Positions 1 through 10,445 of a stretch of DNA of 64,000 nucleotides are shown here, one piece after another. A program made the translations under genes and the position numbers. This stretch comes from an uncultured Gammaproteobacteria bacterium (GTDB taxonomy: Bacteria; Patescibacteriota; Microgenomatia; Woykebacterales; RBG-16-39-9b): NCBI GenBank assembly GCA_964643435.1, contig CAZXPY010000003.1, positions 20,344 to 84,343 on the forward strand. Direction: 5' to 3'. The number at the start of each line of letters is the position of its first letter. The first letter of the stretch is position 1. The notes under the pieces are model-generated. The model saw only the letters and a list, made by a program, of their open reading frames with translations, was not told the DNA's origin and searched no databases.

Positions 1-282
1 AAGGGAAAAGTGAATAAATGGGATATCTTAGAACAAGCGAAAGTCCAACTTGCTCCTAAAAAGGAAACTATTATTAAATTGCTCGCTAGAATCGGTGTCA
101 AAGTAAAGGAACTAAACACCCAGGAACTAGTTGAGCTTTTTTATGATATTTACAATTCAGAAGTCGCTAGAGAGCAAAAAATTGCCTTAAAGGCTAGTGA
201 TTATACTAAACCATTAGTGGAACCTCACCTTTTAGGTTTAACAAGGGCGGAGGTTACGGAAAAGGAGGAGACTGGTGTTTAA
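1..282 (+). CDS. 3' part of a protein preceding the VirB4-like ATPase (5'-partial)
   Basis: Frame open to the window edge; overlaps the start of the VirB4-like gene; 'ELVELFYDIYN' tail resembles CPR TraC-associated proteins. Confidence 0.6.
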   Translation, partial: KGKVNKWDILEQAKVQLAPKKETIIKLLARIGVKVKELNTQELVELFYDIYNSEVAREQKIALKASDYTKPLVEPHLLGLTRAEVTEKEETGV

Positions 283-2095
283 TTTTTTTAGGAAAAAGAA
301 ACAAGAAGCCAATAAAACAACTGGGGCGTCTACCATTGCATCTGGTATGGTTGATGTCCGGGATATAATCGCCCCGCCAGCGATTGAGGTAGATTTCGAT
401 TACATCAAAATTGGTAATATGTACTACCGCACTCTTTATGTTAGTGGCTATCCGCGTTTTGTTGGTGCTAATTGGCTCGCCCCTTTAATTAACTTCAATC
501 ACAGCTTAGATATTAGTTTTTATTATTATCCGGTCGAAGCCAAAGGGGTTACTGACGATTTAAAAAGAAAGATCGCGGAAATGGAAGCCACAATGCAAAC
601 TGATTTAGAATCCGGTAAGGTTCCAAACCCAGTCGTAAAAATTGCTCTTGAAGATGCTAAGGATTTACAAGAACAACTAGTCAAGGGGACGGAGCGTTTC
701 TTTCAATTTTCCTTTTACGTAACCATATCAGCTTTAGGTTTAGAAGAATTAACTTCAATAACCAAGCAAGTCGAGGCCACTCTCGGTTCGCTTTTGGCAA
801 TTAGTAAACACGCTACTCTTCAACAAGAACAAGCCTTCCAAACTACCTTACCCTTATTTACTGATAAATTATTAGTTACCCGTAATATGGATACCACCAG
901 TTTAGCGACCACCTTTCCTTTTACCTCTAGCGAACTTACCGCTAACGAAGGAGTGCTATACGGAATTAACGAACATAATGGTTCTTTAGTTATTTTTGAT
1001 CGCTTTACTCTGGAAAACGCTAATAGCGTGGTTTTTGCAAAAAGCGGTGCTGGTAAAAGTTATCTTGTCAAGCTAGAAGCAATTCGCAGTTTAATGTTTG
1101 ACACGGAAATTATTGTTATTGACCCGGAAGAGGAGTACAAAGTTCTAACTAGTGCAATTGGCGGTGAGTACATTAACTTTTCTTACGAAGCCGGAACGAG
1201 AATAAATCCTTTTGATCTTTCGGGAGTGTATCAGGAAGGAGAAAATGAACTTGGGTTAAAGATTCTTTCCCTTCATTCTCTGTTCAGAATAATTCTCGGT
1301 AATTTAACTAACACCGAAGATGCGATTTTGGACCGCGCCTTAATTGCTACCTATAAACTAAAGGGAATAACCCCCGACCCAACTACCCAAAAAAACCCGC
1401 CGCCCTTAATGAGTGATTTGTACAATGTCTTGTTAAATTTTGCTGAAAACGAAGCTAAGGGTATGGCCGAAAGATTAGAGCGCTTTATTAAGGGCAGTCT
1501 CGCGGGAATTTTTGATCAACCCTCGACTGTCGATATTAAAAATACCTTTACTGTTTTTGGAATACGCGATCTTGAAGACGAGTTAAGACCAATTGCCATG
1601 TTTATCATCTTAGATTATATTTGGTCGAAAATTAAGCGCGATAAACGCAAGCGCCTCTTAATAGTTGACGAGGCTTGGTATCTAATGAAAAACCCGGACA
1701 GCGCTTCTTTTATCTACGCTATTGCCAAAAGAGCCAGAAAATATTATTTAGGACTAACAACGATAACCCAAGACGTTGAGGATTTCTTAGCCACGGATTA
1801 CGGTAAGGCAGTAGTGACTAACTCTTCAATTCAAATATTGCTAAAACAATCGCCAGCCGCTATTGATAAAATTGCCCAAGTTTTCTACCTAAGTGAAGGT
1901 GAAAAACACCTTCTTTTAAGTGCGGACGTTGGCGAGGGTTTGTTTTTTGCCGGTAACAATCACGTTGCCCTAAGAATCCAAGCCGCCCCCCACGAGCATG
2001 GTTTAATTACCTCTAATCCAGCGGAAACCAACCAAGCTTCTAAAGCGGTTGGTGAGTCGACAACTACCTCGGTTTCCTTAGAGCCGAATAAGTAG
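275..2095 (+). CDS. VirB4/TraC-like secretion ATPase (DUF87 family)
   Basis: Walker A AKSGAGKS, 'IDPEEEY', Walker B LIVDEAW, 'RARKY', 'TQ'; SD AAGGAGG before GTG. Confidence 0.9.
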   Translation: MFNFFRKKKQEANKTTGASTIASGMVDVRDIIAPPAIEVDFDYIKIGNMYYRTLYVSGYPRFVGANWLAPLINFNHSLDISFYYYPVEAKGVTDDLKRKIAEMEATMQTDLESGKVPNPVVKIALEDAKDLQEQLVKGTERFFQFSFYVTISALGLEELTSITKQVEATLGSLLAISKHATLQQEQAFQTTLPLFTDKLLVTRNMDTTSLATTFPFTSSELTANEGVLYGINEHNGSLVIFDRFTLENANSVVFAKSGAGKSYLVKLEAIRSLMFDTEIIVIDPEEEYKVLTSAIGGEYINFSYEAGTRINPFDLSGVYQEGENELGLKILSLHSLFRIILGNLTNTEDAILDRALIATYKLKGITPDPTTQKNPPPLMSDLYNVLLNFAENEAKGMAERLERFIKGSLAGIFDQPSTVDIKNTFTVFGIRDLEDELRPIAMFIILDYIWSKIKRDKRKRLLIVDEAWYLMKNPDSASFIYAIAKRARKYYLGLTTITQDVEDFLATDYGKAVVTNSSIQILLKQSPAAIDKIAQVFYLSEGEKHLLLSADVGEGLFFAGNNHVALRIQAAPHEHGLITSNPAETNQASKAVGESTTTSVSLEPNK

Positions 2096-2106
2096 TTGTT
2101 AAACCA

Positions 2107-3216
2107 TTAGGTTTTAAATTCTTCTATTTTTCCAGCGCTGATTTTTAAAATTAACGCTTTTTTTTGGACATTTTCCGAGAAGATGTCTAGTGAGTTTGTC
2201 GTTATAATCGTTTGATTTTTATCTAGGATCTTGATGAGATTTTCTTGATGAGCTTTATCCAGCTCACTAAAGACGTCGTCTAGAAGAAAGGTTGGGTCAT
2301 TGCCTCTTTCTTTAAAATATTCGATTTCCGCTAATTTTAGGCAAATAGCCGCAATTCTTGCTTCTCCTTGAGAACCAAACGAGCCTAGATCTTTTGATAT
2401 TACCTTTTCCGCAAATATTGCTTCGGAGATAATTTTAAAATCATCCCGATGCGGACCAATTAGAGTTGTTTTGAATTTAATTTCACTGTTTCGGGCTTTA
2501 TTTAGCTCAAGGGCAAACCTTTGTTTTATTTGTTTTTCTGATTTAGCTACCTTCGTTTTTATCTTTGTCTCATACTCTAAACGTAGCGTGCCCAAATTAG
2601 ATAATTCCGCGCTGGTTTTTTTAAAAATTTCGTTTATGTCTTTTAAAAAAGTAGCTCGTTTTAGCCAAAGACGAGTGCCGTAGTTTATTAATTCTTGGCT
2701 CCAAATATCTAAATCCCCTCCTTTGCCTTCATTTAAGAAAAGGAGAACTTTGTTTCTCTGTTTTAGAACTCGGTTGTATGAGGCTAGATTATATAAATAC
2801 TCCTGATCGGTTAAAGCGAGAACTGTATCTAAAAATTTTCGCCGGTTAACCGGTGGACCGAAGACAAGTTCTAAATCGCGAGGGGAAAACATAATTGCTT
2901 TAAACTTACCTAAAACCTCTAGACCTCTTTTCACTTTAGTATTAAGACGTATTTCCTTACCCCAAGGAAAAACCGAAATTTCTAATTGCTCTTGTTCGAA
3001 AAAAACAGTTACCACCGCTACGTCTTCGCCAAAACGAATAAGTTCTTTATCAAAGGTGGCTCTAGCGGCTTTTAAAATGCAGGCTAGGTAGATACCTTCA
3101 ATTAAATTGGTTTTACCCTGTCCATTGTCTCCAAAAACAACCGTAGTTGTTGGTGAGGGTGAAATATCGGCTTTAGCAATATTGCGATAATTTATTAAAA
3201 TTACCTTTTTAAGCAT
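2107..3216 (-). CDS. recF: DNA replication/repair protein RecF
   Basis: NYRN, GDNGQGKTN, GPHRDD, GSQGE, LLDDVFSELD motifs; follows dnaN. Confidence 0.95.
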   Translation of the reverse strand: MLKKVILINYRNIAKADISPSPTTTVVFGDNGQGKTNLIEGIYLACILKAARATFDKELIRFGEDVAVVTVFFEQEQLEISVFPWGKEIRLNTKVKRGLEVLGKFKAIMFSPRDLELVFGPPVNRRKFLDTVLALTDQEYLYNLASYNRVLKQRNKVLLFLNEGKGGDLDIWSQELINYGTRLWLKRATFLKDINEIFKKTSAELSNLGTLRLEYETKIKTKVAKSEKQIKQRFALELNKARNSEIKFKTTLIGPHRDDFKIISEAIFAEKVISKDLGSFGSQGEARIAAICLKLAEIEYFKERGNDPTFLLDDVFSELDKAHQENLIKILDKNQTIITTNSLDIFSENVQKKALILKISAGKIEEFKT

Positions 3217-4328
3217 TAGCCTTGGACTCTAACTGGCATTACGATATAAATAAAGTCTGGTTCTGTTTTCGGTTGGATCATAATTGGACTAGTGGGGTTT
3301 CAGGCACTAAAAGTAATTTCCGAACCACATTGAGCTAAACCCTCTAAAAGGAACCGGGAATTAAAAGCAATTGAAAGCGGCTCTTTTCCTTCAATCTTGG
3401 AGGAGAGTTTACTACTGCCTGACCCAAGCTGAGCGGTTTGGGCGTTGATTTCTATGGTTTTGGCGGCCGGGTCAAGTTTTAATTTGACAACACTACCAAT
3501 ATCTTTAGCAAAAATTGCGGCGATTCTTAGGGACCTTAATAGTTCTTCTACCGGTAACTGGGCTTTAATGGCGCTTTCTTTAGGAATAATTCTTTCATAT
3601 TCTGGGTAAGAACCATCGATTAAGCGGCAGGAGACTACAACATTGGTACTTTTAAAAATAGTTTGGTTTTTTGACTCATCAAGAAAGAGGGAAATATCTC
3701 CTTCTTCGTTTTCCGCAATCCGCGCCACTTCTAATAATGTTCTGGCTGGTAAGATGAACTCTTGGGTGGTTGCTTTGCTTTTAAACTTGAATGTGTTTTT
3801 TGACAATCGGTAGCCGTCAGTAGCTACTAGAATTAGCTTGTCTGGTTTTTGCGAGAATAAAACGCCGTTTAAAACTGGCCTTCCTTCGTCTGCCGAAGCG
3901 GCAAAAACAACTTTATTTAGGTTCTGGGCGAATTCACTAGAATCTATGGTTAAAATTTCGCCGGTCTCTGGTTTAGGTATCTCCGGAAACTCGGAAGCGG
4001 AAATTGTTGCTAGGCTCGCGTGGAACTGTTCTGCCTCAACTTCCAAAGTTTCGTCTTTTAGAGTTACTTCGATTGGTAGCGGCGGTAGCGCGTTAATAAA
4101 ATCGCTAAATATTTTCGCCGGGACGGTCGTATTTCCTACTTCCGATACTTTTGCAGGTATATAGGCGGTGATCGAGGTTTCCAGATTAGTACTACTTAAA
4201 TACAAACCTTCTTTTCTAGCTTCGATTAAAATATTCGAAAGGACCGGCAAGGTAGGTTTTTGGGATACGGCTTTATTAACAAGCGACAATCCTTTGTTTA
4301 GATTTTCTTGAGATACGGTTACCACCAT
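3216..4328 (-). CDS. dnaN: DNA polymerase III beta clamp, 370 codons with one in-frame TGA at 3300-3302
   Basis: PVLSNIL, RPVLNGV, ATDGYRL, FNSRFL motifs; past the TGA the frame continues NPTSPIMIQPKTEPDFIYIVMPVRVQG to a TAA overlapping the recF ATG. Confidence 0.92.
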
Positions 4329-4463
4329 AGTTTTTTATTAATAATATAAATAGTATTATTAGGTTGTGTGGAAAAGTGTAAAACTGGCGAAAAACGGGCA
4401 AGAGTTTCGACAAAAATTCGTGTCAAGGAACCAAGGTTTAGTTGGGGATAAATAAATAAAAAT
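4329..4463. other. Probable replication origin (oriC)
   Basis: dnaA-dnaN intergenic region; AT-rich tract 4331-4360; DnaA-box-like TGTGGAAAA (4367-4375) and TGGGGATAA (4443-4451); TTTTCCACA at 4522-4530 inside the dnaA 3' end. Confidence 0.7.
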
Positions 4464-5840
4464 TTAGCTTTCATACAAGTGCTCGGTTATTTCCTCAACT
4501 AATCCACGAATTTCAGTGCTTTTTTCCACAGTTGCTGAAATTTTCCTAATACCGTGAATTACCGTAGTGTGGTCTTTTTTATTCAAAAGGGAGGCAATTT
4601 TTGTTAAGGTTAGCCCACCTTCCTTGCGGAGTAAATAGTAAGCGATGTGACGGGGTAAAACTACTTCTCTTGAGCGTCTAGGACTTTTTAATTCGGCTGC
4701 CCTTAAGGAGAAATATTCAGCAACAGTATCAATTATATCTTTATGATTTAGAAACCGTTTTTTAATATTAGCCCTAGAGAGGGTTAGAACCTCTTGCGCC
4801 AAAGTTAGATCAAGTTCTTTTTGGTTTAAGGAAGCGTGGGTTTTTAATTGTAAAAGCGTTCCTTCCAAATCGCGGATACTCGTGCCCAAATTTTGGGCGA
4901 TAAAACTAATAACCTCTGGGTCCAAAGCAATTTTCTCATATTGGCATTTCGCCCTAATAATCGCTTCTTTTAGCTCCCTATCAGGAGGACTAATATCCAC
5001 AATCATTCCACCTTCAAAACGGCTTCGTAAGCGATCGGCTAGCTTGGCAATATTTTTTGGAGGTCTATCCGAGGTTATTACAATTTGTTTAGATTGACTA
5101 TGAAGTTGGTTAAAAGTATGGAAAAACTCCTCTTGGGTTGCTTCCCGACCAGCGATAAAGGCAATGTCATCGATTAATAAGCAATCGCCGGTACGAAATT
5201 TTTGGTGAAAGGAACTAGTTTTCCGATTTTGGATAGCCTCAACTAGCTCATTTGTGAAAGTTTCACTAGTACAATACAAAACCCTTAAGGAAGGAGAATT
5301 TTTTTGGATTTCATTACCAATAGCCTGCATCAAGTGAGTTTTACCCACCCCAACCCCGCCATAGATAAATAAAGGATTGTAGGCGTTAGCTAAGTTTTTA
5401 GCAACCGAGCTAGCAACCGCAAAAGCTAGTTTGTTAGAATTACCAACCACAAAGTTAGCAAACGTGTAACGGCCGTTTAAATTGGCTATTAAGCGGCCCT
5501 TAATAGTTTCTTTATCTTCTTCAAAAAGATTTTTCTGGGAGTCGAAATCCTTCTTAACAAGCACGACCTTTGGTTTAGAAACCGAACCAACCCTAAAGAT
5601 TACGTTATTGGAAGTACCAGTTAATCGATCCAAAATCTCCTTAACCTTACCCTGATAGCGAGTTTCGAGCCAATCTTTGGTATAAGAGGAATTACAGTCG
5701 ACTTCGATTATTGAGTTGTTCACATTTATTATTGTCGTTTTATCCTTAAACCACGTTTGAAAGCTAGCCTTAGAAAGGGTGAGTTCAAGTTCTGCTAAAC
5801 AAGCAGACCAAAGAGTTTTATTGTCAATGTTTGGACTCAT
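4464..5840 (-). CDS. dnaA: Chromosomal replication initiator DnaA
   Basis: YTFANFVVG, YNPLFIYGGVGVGKTHL, QEEFFHTFN, DHTTVIHG. Confidence 0.98.
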   Translation of the reverse strand: MSPNIDNKTLWSACLAELELTLSKASFQTWFKDKTTIINVNNSIIEVDCNSSYTKDWLETRYQGKVKEILDRLTGTSNNVIFRVGSVSKPKVVLVKKDFDSQKNLFEEDKETIKGRLIANLNGRYTFANFVVGNSNKLAFAVASSVAKNLANAYNPLFIYGGVGVGKTHLMQAIGNEIQKNSPSLRVLYCTSETFTNELVEAIQNRKTSSFHQKFRTGDCLLIDDIAFIAGREATQEEFFHTFNQLHSQSKQIVITSDRPPKNIAKLADRLRSRFEGGMIVDISPPDRELKEAIIRAKCQYEKIALDPEVISFIAQNLGTSIRDLEGTLLQLKTHASLNQKELDLTLAQEVLTLSRANIKKRFLNHKDIIDTVAEYFSLRAAELKSPRRSREVVLPRHIAYYLLRKEGGLTLTKIASLLNKKDHTTVIHGIRKISATVEKSTEIRGLVEEITEHLYES

Positions 5841-5956
5841 AAAGACTAAAGGTTGTTTGGCAGCTAAAATTAGTAGGTTCCTTCTTATGATAGATAACTA
5901 CGGCTTACTTTTACAAGTCCCCAAAAAAGAGTCCTTCCCACTATAAGACAGTAAAA

Positions 5957-5985
5957 TTGACATCTTGTCTTTTTGGACTTAAACT
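5957..5985 (+). promoter_or_regulatory. sigma70-type promoter of the rpmH operon
   Basis: TTGACA followed by TAAACT (5980-5985), 8 nt before the rpmH ATG. Confidence 0.65.
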
Positions 5986-5993
5986 GTTAGTGC

Positions 5994-6128
5994 ATGAAAA
6001 GAACATACCAACCAAAGAAACTGAAAAGAGCCAGGAAACATGGTTTTAGAGCAAAAATAAAAACTAAAAGCGGCCGAGCAGTATTAAAAAGAAGACGTTT
6101 AAAGAAGCGAGCAAAACTTACGGTTTAA
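5994..6128 (+). CDS. rpmH: 50S ribosomal protein L34 (not in ORF track)
   Basis: Translates [44 protein letters not shown]; divergent from dnaA; TAATG overlap with rnpA. Confidence 0.97.
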   Translation: MKRTYQPKKLKRARKHGFRAKIKTKSGRAVLKRRRLKKRAKLTV

Positions 6129-6466
6129 TGTTACCAAAATCAAACCGGTTAAATTTAAGCAGGGAATATTACAAAATAAAAAAAGGTAGCTTGTTTATTC
6201 AGACACCGATCTTTAAAGTATTTTACGCTGAATCTGGCGGTGTTCAACCAAAGATCGGTTTTGTTGTCAGCCACCATATTGGTAAAGCAGTAGTACGCAA
6301 TAGAGTTAGAAGGTTATTAGCCGAAGAGGTTCGTAAGAACCTCTCTAAATTTCCTAAAAAAATGAAACTAGTTTTTATTGCTAAACCCAATATAATAAGT
6401 TTGAAACATGACGAAATTTCTACTTTTATTAATCAGGTTTTATCAAAAATACCTGAACCGAAATAA
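6128..6466 (+). CDS. rnpA: RNase P protein component
   Basis: MLPKSNRL start, [10 protein letters not shown] (RNR motif), synteny. Confidence 0.95.
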   Translation: MLPKSNRLNLSREYYKIKKGSLFIQTPIFKVFYAESGGVQPKIGFVVSHHIGKAVVRNRVRRLLAEEVRKNLSKFPKKMKLVFIAKPNIISLKHDEISTFINQVLSKIPEPK

Positions 6467-6650
6467 CGTCTTTCTTAAGGGTACTTTTATTGCCGAGGCC
6501 GGTGGGGTTTGTCGATTTCGACCGACATGCTCGCGGTATACTTATCAAGCAATCGAGCGTTACGGATCTCTAAAAGGGCTCTATTTAGGATTCCGGCGAA
6601 TTTTACGCTGTCATCCCTGGAACGTTGGCGGTTACGATCCGTTAAAATAA
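6408..6650 (+). CDS. yidD: Membrane protein insertion efficiency factor YidD
   Basis: [23 protein letters not shown]. Confidence 0.93.
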   Translation: MTKFLLLLIRFYQKYLNRNNVFLKGTFIAEAGGVCRFRPTCSRYTYQAIERYGSLKGLYLGFRRILRCHPWNVGGYDPLK

Positions 6651-6689
6651 TCAAAAACCTGGGGAAAAACCAGACCTATTTACTATAAG

Positions 6690-7397
6690 ATGAAAATATT
6701 AGTCGGTATTTGGAATAATTTTTTTTACGAACCAATTTTGTGGTTACTCACTATTCTTTATAACCTTAGTTTTCAAAATTTAGGATTGGCAATTATTATG
6801 GTAACTGTTCTTATTAGAGTGGCGTTGCTTCCTTTAATCTTACCATCCCTCCGTAGTGCTAAAAAAATGCAAGATTTGCAACCACAAATGGCCAATTTGA
6901 AACAACGCTACGGCCATGATAAAAAAAGACACACGCAAGAACAACTTAGACTTTATAAACAGCACGGTATAAACCCAGCCGCCGGATGCCTACCTAATCT
7001 AGTCCAAATATTATTTTTAATCGCCCTTTACCAAGTGTTTTTTTCGACGCTTAGTAGCGGATTTAATAGGGAGTTTCTTATTTGGGACCTGACAAAAAAA
7101 GATTCAACACTAATTTTGCCGATTCTAGCGGGAATTAGCCAGCTAATCCTTTCTAAAATGATGTTACCTAAAAATAGGACACCCGTTAAAGGTCAGGGAG
7201 GTATGGAGGAAGCGGTTTACTCAATGCAATCCCAGATGTTATACTTGTTCCCGATTATGACAGTGGTTATTGGTTGGCAGTTCCCTTCGGGGTTAGTGCT
7301 GTATTGGGCAGTGACTACAATATTTTCAATAATCCAACAGTACGCGGTTACCGGGACAGGAGGATTAGAAGGTTGGCTAAGAGTAGTGAAAAAATAA
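6690..7397 (+). CDS. yidC: Membrane protein insertase YidC (short form)
   Basis: LYKQHGINPAAGCLP, PSGLVLYW, IIQQ. Confidence 0.93.
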   Translation: MKILVGIWNNFFYEPILWLLTILYNLSFQNLGLAIIMVTVLIRVALLPLILPSLRSAKKMQDLQPQMANLKQRYGHDKKRHTQEQLRLYKQHGINPAAGCLPNLVQILFLIALYQVFFSTLSSGFNREFLIWDLTKKDSTLILPILAGISQLILSKMMLPKNRTPVKGQGGMEEAVYSMQSQMLYLFPIMTVVIGWQFPSGLVLYWAVTTIFSIIQQYAVTGTGGLEGWLRVVKK

Positions 7398-7846
7398 TTA
7401 ATATTAGTGAAAAAATTGTTACCGAACTTTTTTCTAAACTAGGAATAGAAGCTTCCCACCAAATCTCTCTTGATTCCGAAGATAATATTCAAATTAAGTT
7501 AGAAAGCCCCTCTTCAGGGATTTTAATCGGCTACCACGGTGATAATCTTTTTTCTTTGCAACTAGTTTTGTCTTTAATGATCAATAAGGCTTTGGGAGAA
7601 GAGTTGTGGAGGAAGGTTTTTTTAGACATATCTAGTTGGAAAAAAGACCGCGAGGAAATCCTTAAAGAAATGGTTAAAAAAGCCGTTGAGAGGTTAGGAA
7701 CAAATGTTGCCGAGATCCCACTACCACCGATGTCTCCTCCTGACCGGCGGCTTATTCATATTTTTGTTCAGGAATATACGGAGGTTACCAGCGAGAGTAA
7801 TGGTGAGGGTCGAGAACGCCACGTTGTGATTAAAAGAAAGAGCTAG
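7373..7846 (+). CDS. jag: Jag/EloR (KhpB) RNA-binding protein, KH + R3H
   Basis: LIGYHG, PMSPPDRRLIH, SESNGEGRERHVVI; TTG start at 7373 after GGAGG. Confidence 0.88.
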   Translation: MAKSSEKIINISEKIVTELFSKLGIEASHQISLDSEDNIQIKLESPSSGILIGYHGDNLFSLQLVLSLMINKALGEELWRKVFLDISSWKKDREEILKEMVKKAVERLGTNVAEIPLPPMSPPDRRLIHIFVQEYTEVTSESNGEGRERHVVIKRKS

Positions 7847-7865
7847 AAAAACCTTAATTTAAAAA

Positions 7866-8300
7866 ATGTTAAAGCAGAATCTTATAGTTTATTGTGATGG
7901 TGGAGCAAGAGGCAACCCAGGACCAGCTGCGGTTGGGGTTGTTATCTTCAACGGTGAGGGAAATCTGCGGGATAAATGCGGGAAATATATAGGAAAAACC
8001 ACTAACAATGTCGCCGAATATGAAGGAGTAGTTACTGCTTTTGGGATTATTTTAGATTTAAAAGATATTAACCCTAAAAAAACTAATCTAACCTTTAACC
8101 TAGATTCGGCTCTTGTAGTAAACCAACTTAATGGCTTATATAAGATAAAAAAAGGACATCTGCGTGATTTATTATTCAAAATCCGCCATTTCGAACAAAA
8201 TTTTCCTAAAGTGAGTTATAATCTTATTCCTAGGGAAAAAAACACCGAAGCAGATTTTTTAGTTAATCAGGCTCTTGATAATTATGAACGAACTTCGTGA
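7866..8300 (+). CDS. rnhA: Ribonuclease HI family protein
   Basis: DGGARGNPGPA, TNNVAEY, DSALVVNQ, PREKNTEAD. Confidence 0.93.
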   Translation: MLKQNLIVYCDGGARGNPGPAAVGVVIFNGEGNLRDKCGKYIGKTTNNVAEYEGVVTAFGIILDLKDINPKKTNLTFNLDSALVVNQLNGLYKIKKGHLRDLLFKIRHFEQNFPKVSYNLIPREKNTEADFLVNQALDNYERTS

Positions 8301-8889
8301 TTATTTAAATTTTCTTAAAAAAAATTCCGTTATTATTTTGCTCTTTGGTGTTTTAGGTGCCAGTGCCGGTTTTTTTTACACTAGTAGTAAAGAAATAAAT
8401 TATGAGGCGGTAGCTAATCTTTATATTATAAATACAGCCCAAGGACAGAACGAACGCTACTACACTTACGATGGTTACTATTCACAACTCGCCACCAAAG
8501 AGTATACCGACACGTTAATAGGATTGATTAAAAGCTTAGATTTTATAAGAGTAGTCGGCCAGGATATTGGTACAACACCTACGCAAATCACCAGTTCACT
8601 AAGAGTAAGAAAAATCGCCCCGGCAGTCATTAGTCTTTCAGTAACAAATAAAGACGCAGAGGCCGCAAAAAAACTAGTAACTAAATTAACGACTGCTTTA
8701 AACGACAAAATTTCTTTTCTAAACCAGGGTTCTGATAACCCCCTAACTACTAAAACTCTTCAACCGGAACCTTTGGTAAACAAACTCCAGGAACCAATAA
8801 AAATCAACACTTTATTAGGAGCTTTTGTAGGAATGATAATAGCGATAGTTGCCAGTGCGTTAATAACGTATTTAAAACCCAAAGATTAA
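8284..8889 (+). CDS. Wzz/CapA-like polysaccharide chain-length determinant
   Basis: N- and C-terminal TM helices, 'ELRDYL' start, Pro-rich segment before the last TM. Confidence 0.65.
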   Translation: MNELRDYLNFLKKNSVIILLFGVLGASAGFFYTSSKEINYEAVANLYIINTAQGQNERYYTYDGYYSQLATKEYTDTLIGLIKSLDFIRVVGQDIGTTPTQITSSLRVRKIAPAVISLSVTNKDAEAAKKLVTKLTTALNDKISFLNQGSDNPLTTKTLQPEPLVNKLQEPIKINTLLGAFVGMIIAIVASALITYLKPKD

Positions 8890-8948
8890 CAATATTTTTC
8901 TTATACTTGAAATTGAATTAAGAGTTTGTTAGACTTATTTTTGTATAC

Positions 8949-9308
8949 ATGGATAAAAAGCTTATGTATCAATTTCAAAAACAGTTTGGTAAATACTTAA
9001 ACTGTAGTTGCAAAACTCCTCTTGATCTTGGGAAACTAGAAATTGTCTCTGAAACTGAAAATACAATATTAGCCCATTATCTTTGCCCTAATTGCGGTCG
9101 GGAGCAGACTTTAGCGGCTTCGGTGGGTATAATTGAAGAAGCGCAAAAGAAACAGCCGTTCAATACTTTAACGAGCGATGATGTCTTAGATATAAGAGAA
9201 GAGTTGAAAAAAATAAAGATAAGCCAACTTAAAGGCCTATTTAAAACTAATAAGAAAAACCAAACCCAGCCGGATATCGGAACCTCTTTTAAAGAAGAGT
9301 TGATTTAA
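8949..9308 (+). CDS. Hypothetical zinc-ribbon protein
   Basis: CxC and CPNC motifs, 'SDDVLD'; own promoter TTGAAA-17-TAGACT. Confidence 0.6.
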   Translation: MDKKLMYQFQKQFGKYLNCSCKTPLDLGKLEIVSETENTILAHYLCPNCGREQTLAASVGIIEEAQKKQPFNTLTSDDVLDIREELKKIKISQLKGLFKTNKKNQTQPDIGTSFKEELI

Positions 9309-9336
9309 CGACCGCTTATTTGTATAATACCTCCCG

Positions 9337-10026
9337 ATGATTAGACCCAAATTAAAAGTAGAAGAGCGTAAGGTTTTAGGTAAAAAAGTAAAAAAATTAA
9401 GACGAGAAGGATTAATACCAGCTAATATATTTGGTAAGGAAATTAAAACAACGGCGTTGCAGATCGAAGGTAAGGAATTTAGCAAACTATTTAAAGAAGT
9501 TGGTGAGACTTCTTTGGTAGAAGTGAGTCTAGGCGATAAAACCCTCCCAGCTCTTATTAGCAATGTCCAAAAAGACCCTCTGAGTGGTCAGCCCCTACAC
9601 ATTGATTTCCACCAAGTCTCTCTAAAAGAAAAAGTGGAAACAAAAGTACCAATCTCCCTTACGGGAGAAGCGCCGGCGGAAAAAGCGGGGATTGGTTTAA
9701 TTTTACAGACTTTACAAGAGCTGGAGATCGAGTGTTTACCGCAAGATATACCTCCCAAAATTGAAGTCGACGTAGCTTCTTTAACGGAAGTCGGTAGCAG
9801 CCTCCATGTTAAGGATATAAAGTTAGACAAACAAAAAATTGAGGTTAAAAATAACCCCGAAGAAGTCGTTGTTAGCGTTCAAACTGCGGAGATGAAAGAA
9901 GAAGTAGAAGAAGCGGTAACAGCCCCGTCAGAGGTAGAAGTTATCGAAGAAAAGAAAGAAGAGGATGAGGAAGTCGAAGCTGAAACCGAAAAAACAGAGG
10001 AATCTCCAAAACAACCTTCTGAATAA
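9337..10026 (+). CDS. rplY: 50S ribosomal protein L25/Ctc
   Basis: GKKVKKLRREGLIPA, HIDF, acidic tail. Confidence 0.95.
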   Translation: MIRPKLKVEERKVLGKKVKKLRREGLIPANIFGKEIKTTALQIEGKEFSKLFKEVGETSLVEVSLGDKTLPALISNVQKDPLSGQPLHIDFHQVSLKEKVETKVPISLTGEAPAEKAGIGLILQTLQELEIECLPQDIPPKIEVDVASLTEVGSSLHVKDIKLDKQKIEVKNNPEEVVVSVQTAEMKEEVEEAVTAPSEVEVIEEKKEEDEEVEAETEKTEESPKQPSE

Positions 10027-10040
10027 ACCCCTCTTAGATT

Positions 10041-10445
10041 CTATTTTTGATTTGGATTATTTTGCCTATTCAAACCATTATTTATTAGCTCTTGCAGTTG
10101 TTTAGTAGGTTCGTAATTTGGATCTAATTCTAATGTTTTAGTAATCGCTACTTTGGCCTTTTGGAGATCATTAAGCTGGTAATAAATAGAAGAGAGTTTT
10201 AACCAAGCGTCTCGCCAATTAGGTTCCCTTTCGGTTTCTTTCTCCCAAAAAACCACCTCTTCTGTTAATTTTTTGTGAGTTTCAAGAGCTAAAGTTATCT
10301 TATCAACCTCCGTTTTGATTTTTCCATTCCTTCGGAAAACTTCTTCCGACAAACTGATAAAAAGCAAGAAGGTAAGAGTAATCAATACAAGATAGCTCTT
10401 TTTGGTAAATTTGAAGAAATTTTTAAATTTTAATCTCGAGGCCAT
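10041..10445 (-). CDS. Membrane-anchored TPR protein
   Basis: N-terminal TM; 'PNWRDAWLKLS...A...LELDPN' TPR pattern. Confidence 0.65.
   Translation of the reverse strand: MASRLKFKNFFKFTKKSYLVLITLTFLLFISLSEEVFRRNGKIKTEVDKITLALETHKKLTEEVVFWEKETEREPNWRDAWLKLSSIYYQLNDLQKAKVAITKTLELDPNYEPTKQLQELINNGLNRQNNPNQK

Noticed and set aside
275-2095. Conjugative element implied by the VirB4-like gene
   Set aside because: No relaxase, coupling protein or integrase in view; such ATPases are usual chromosomal genes in CPR
3240-3302. Selenocysteine at the dnaN TGA
   Set aside because: No SECIS-like hairpin seen directly downstream and no redox role known at this clamp position
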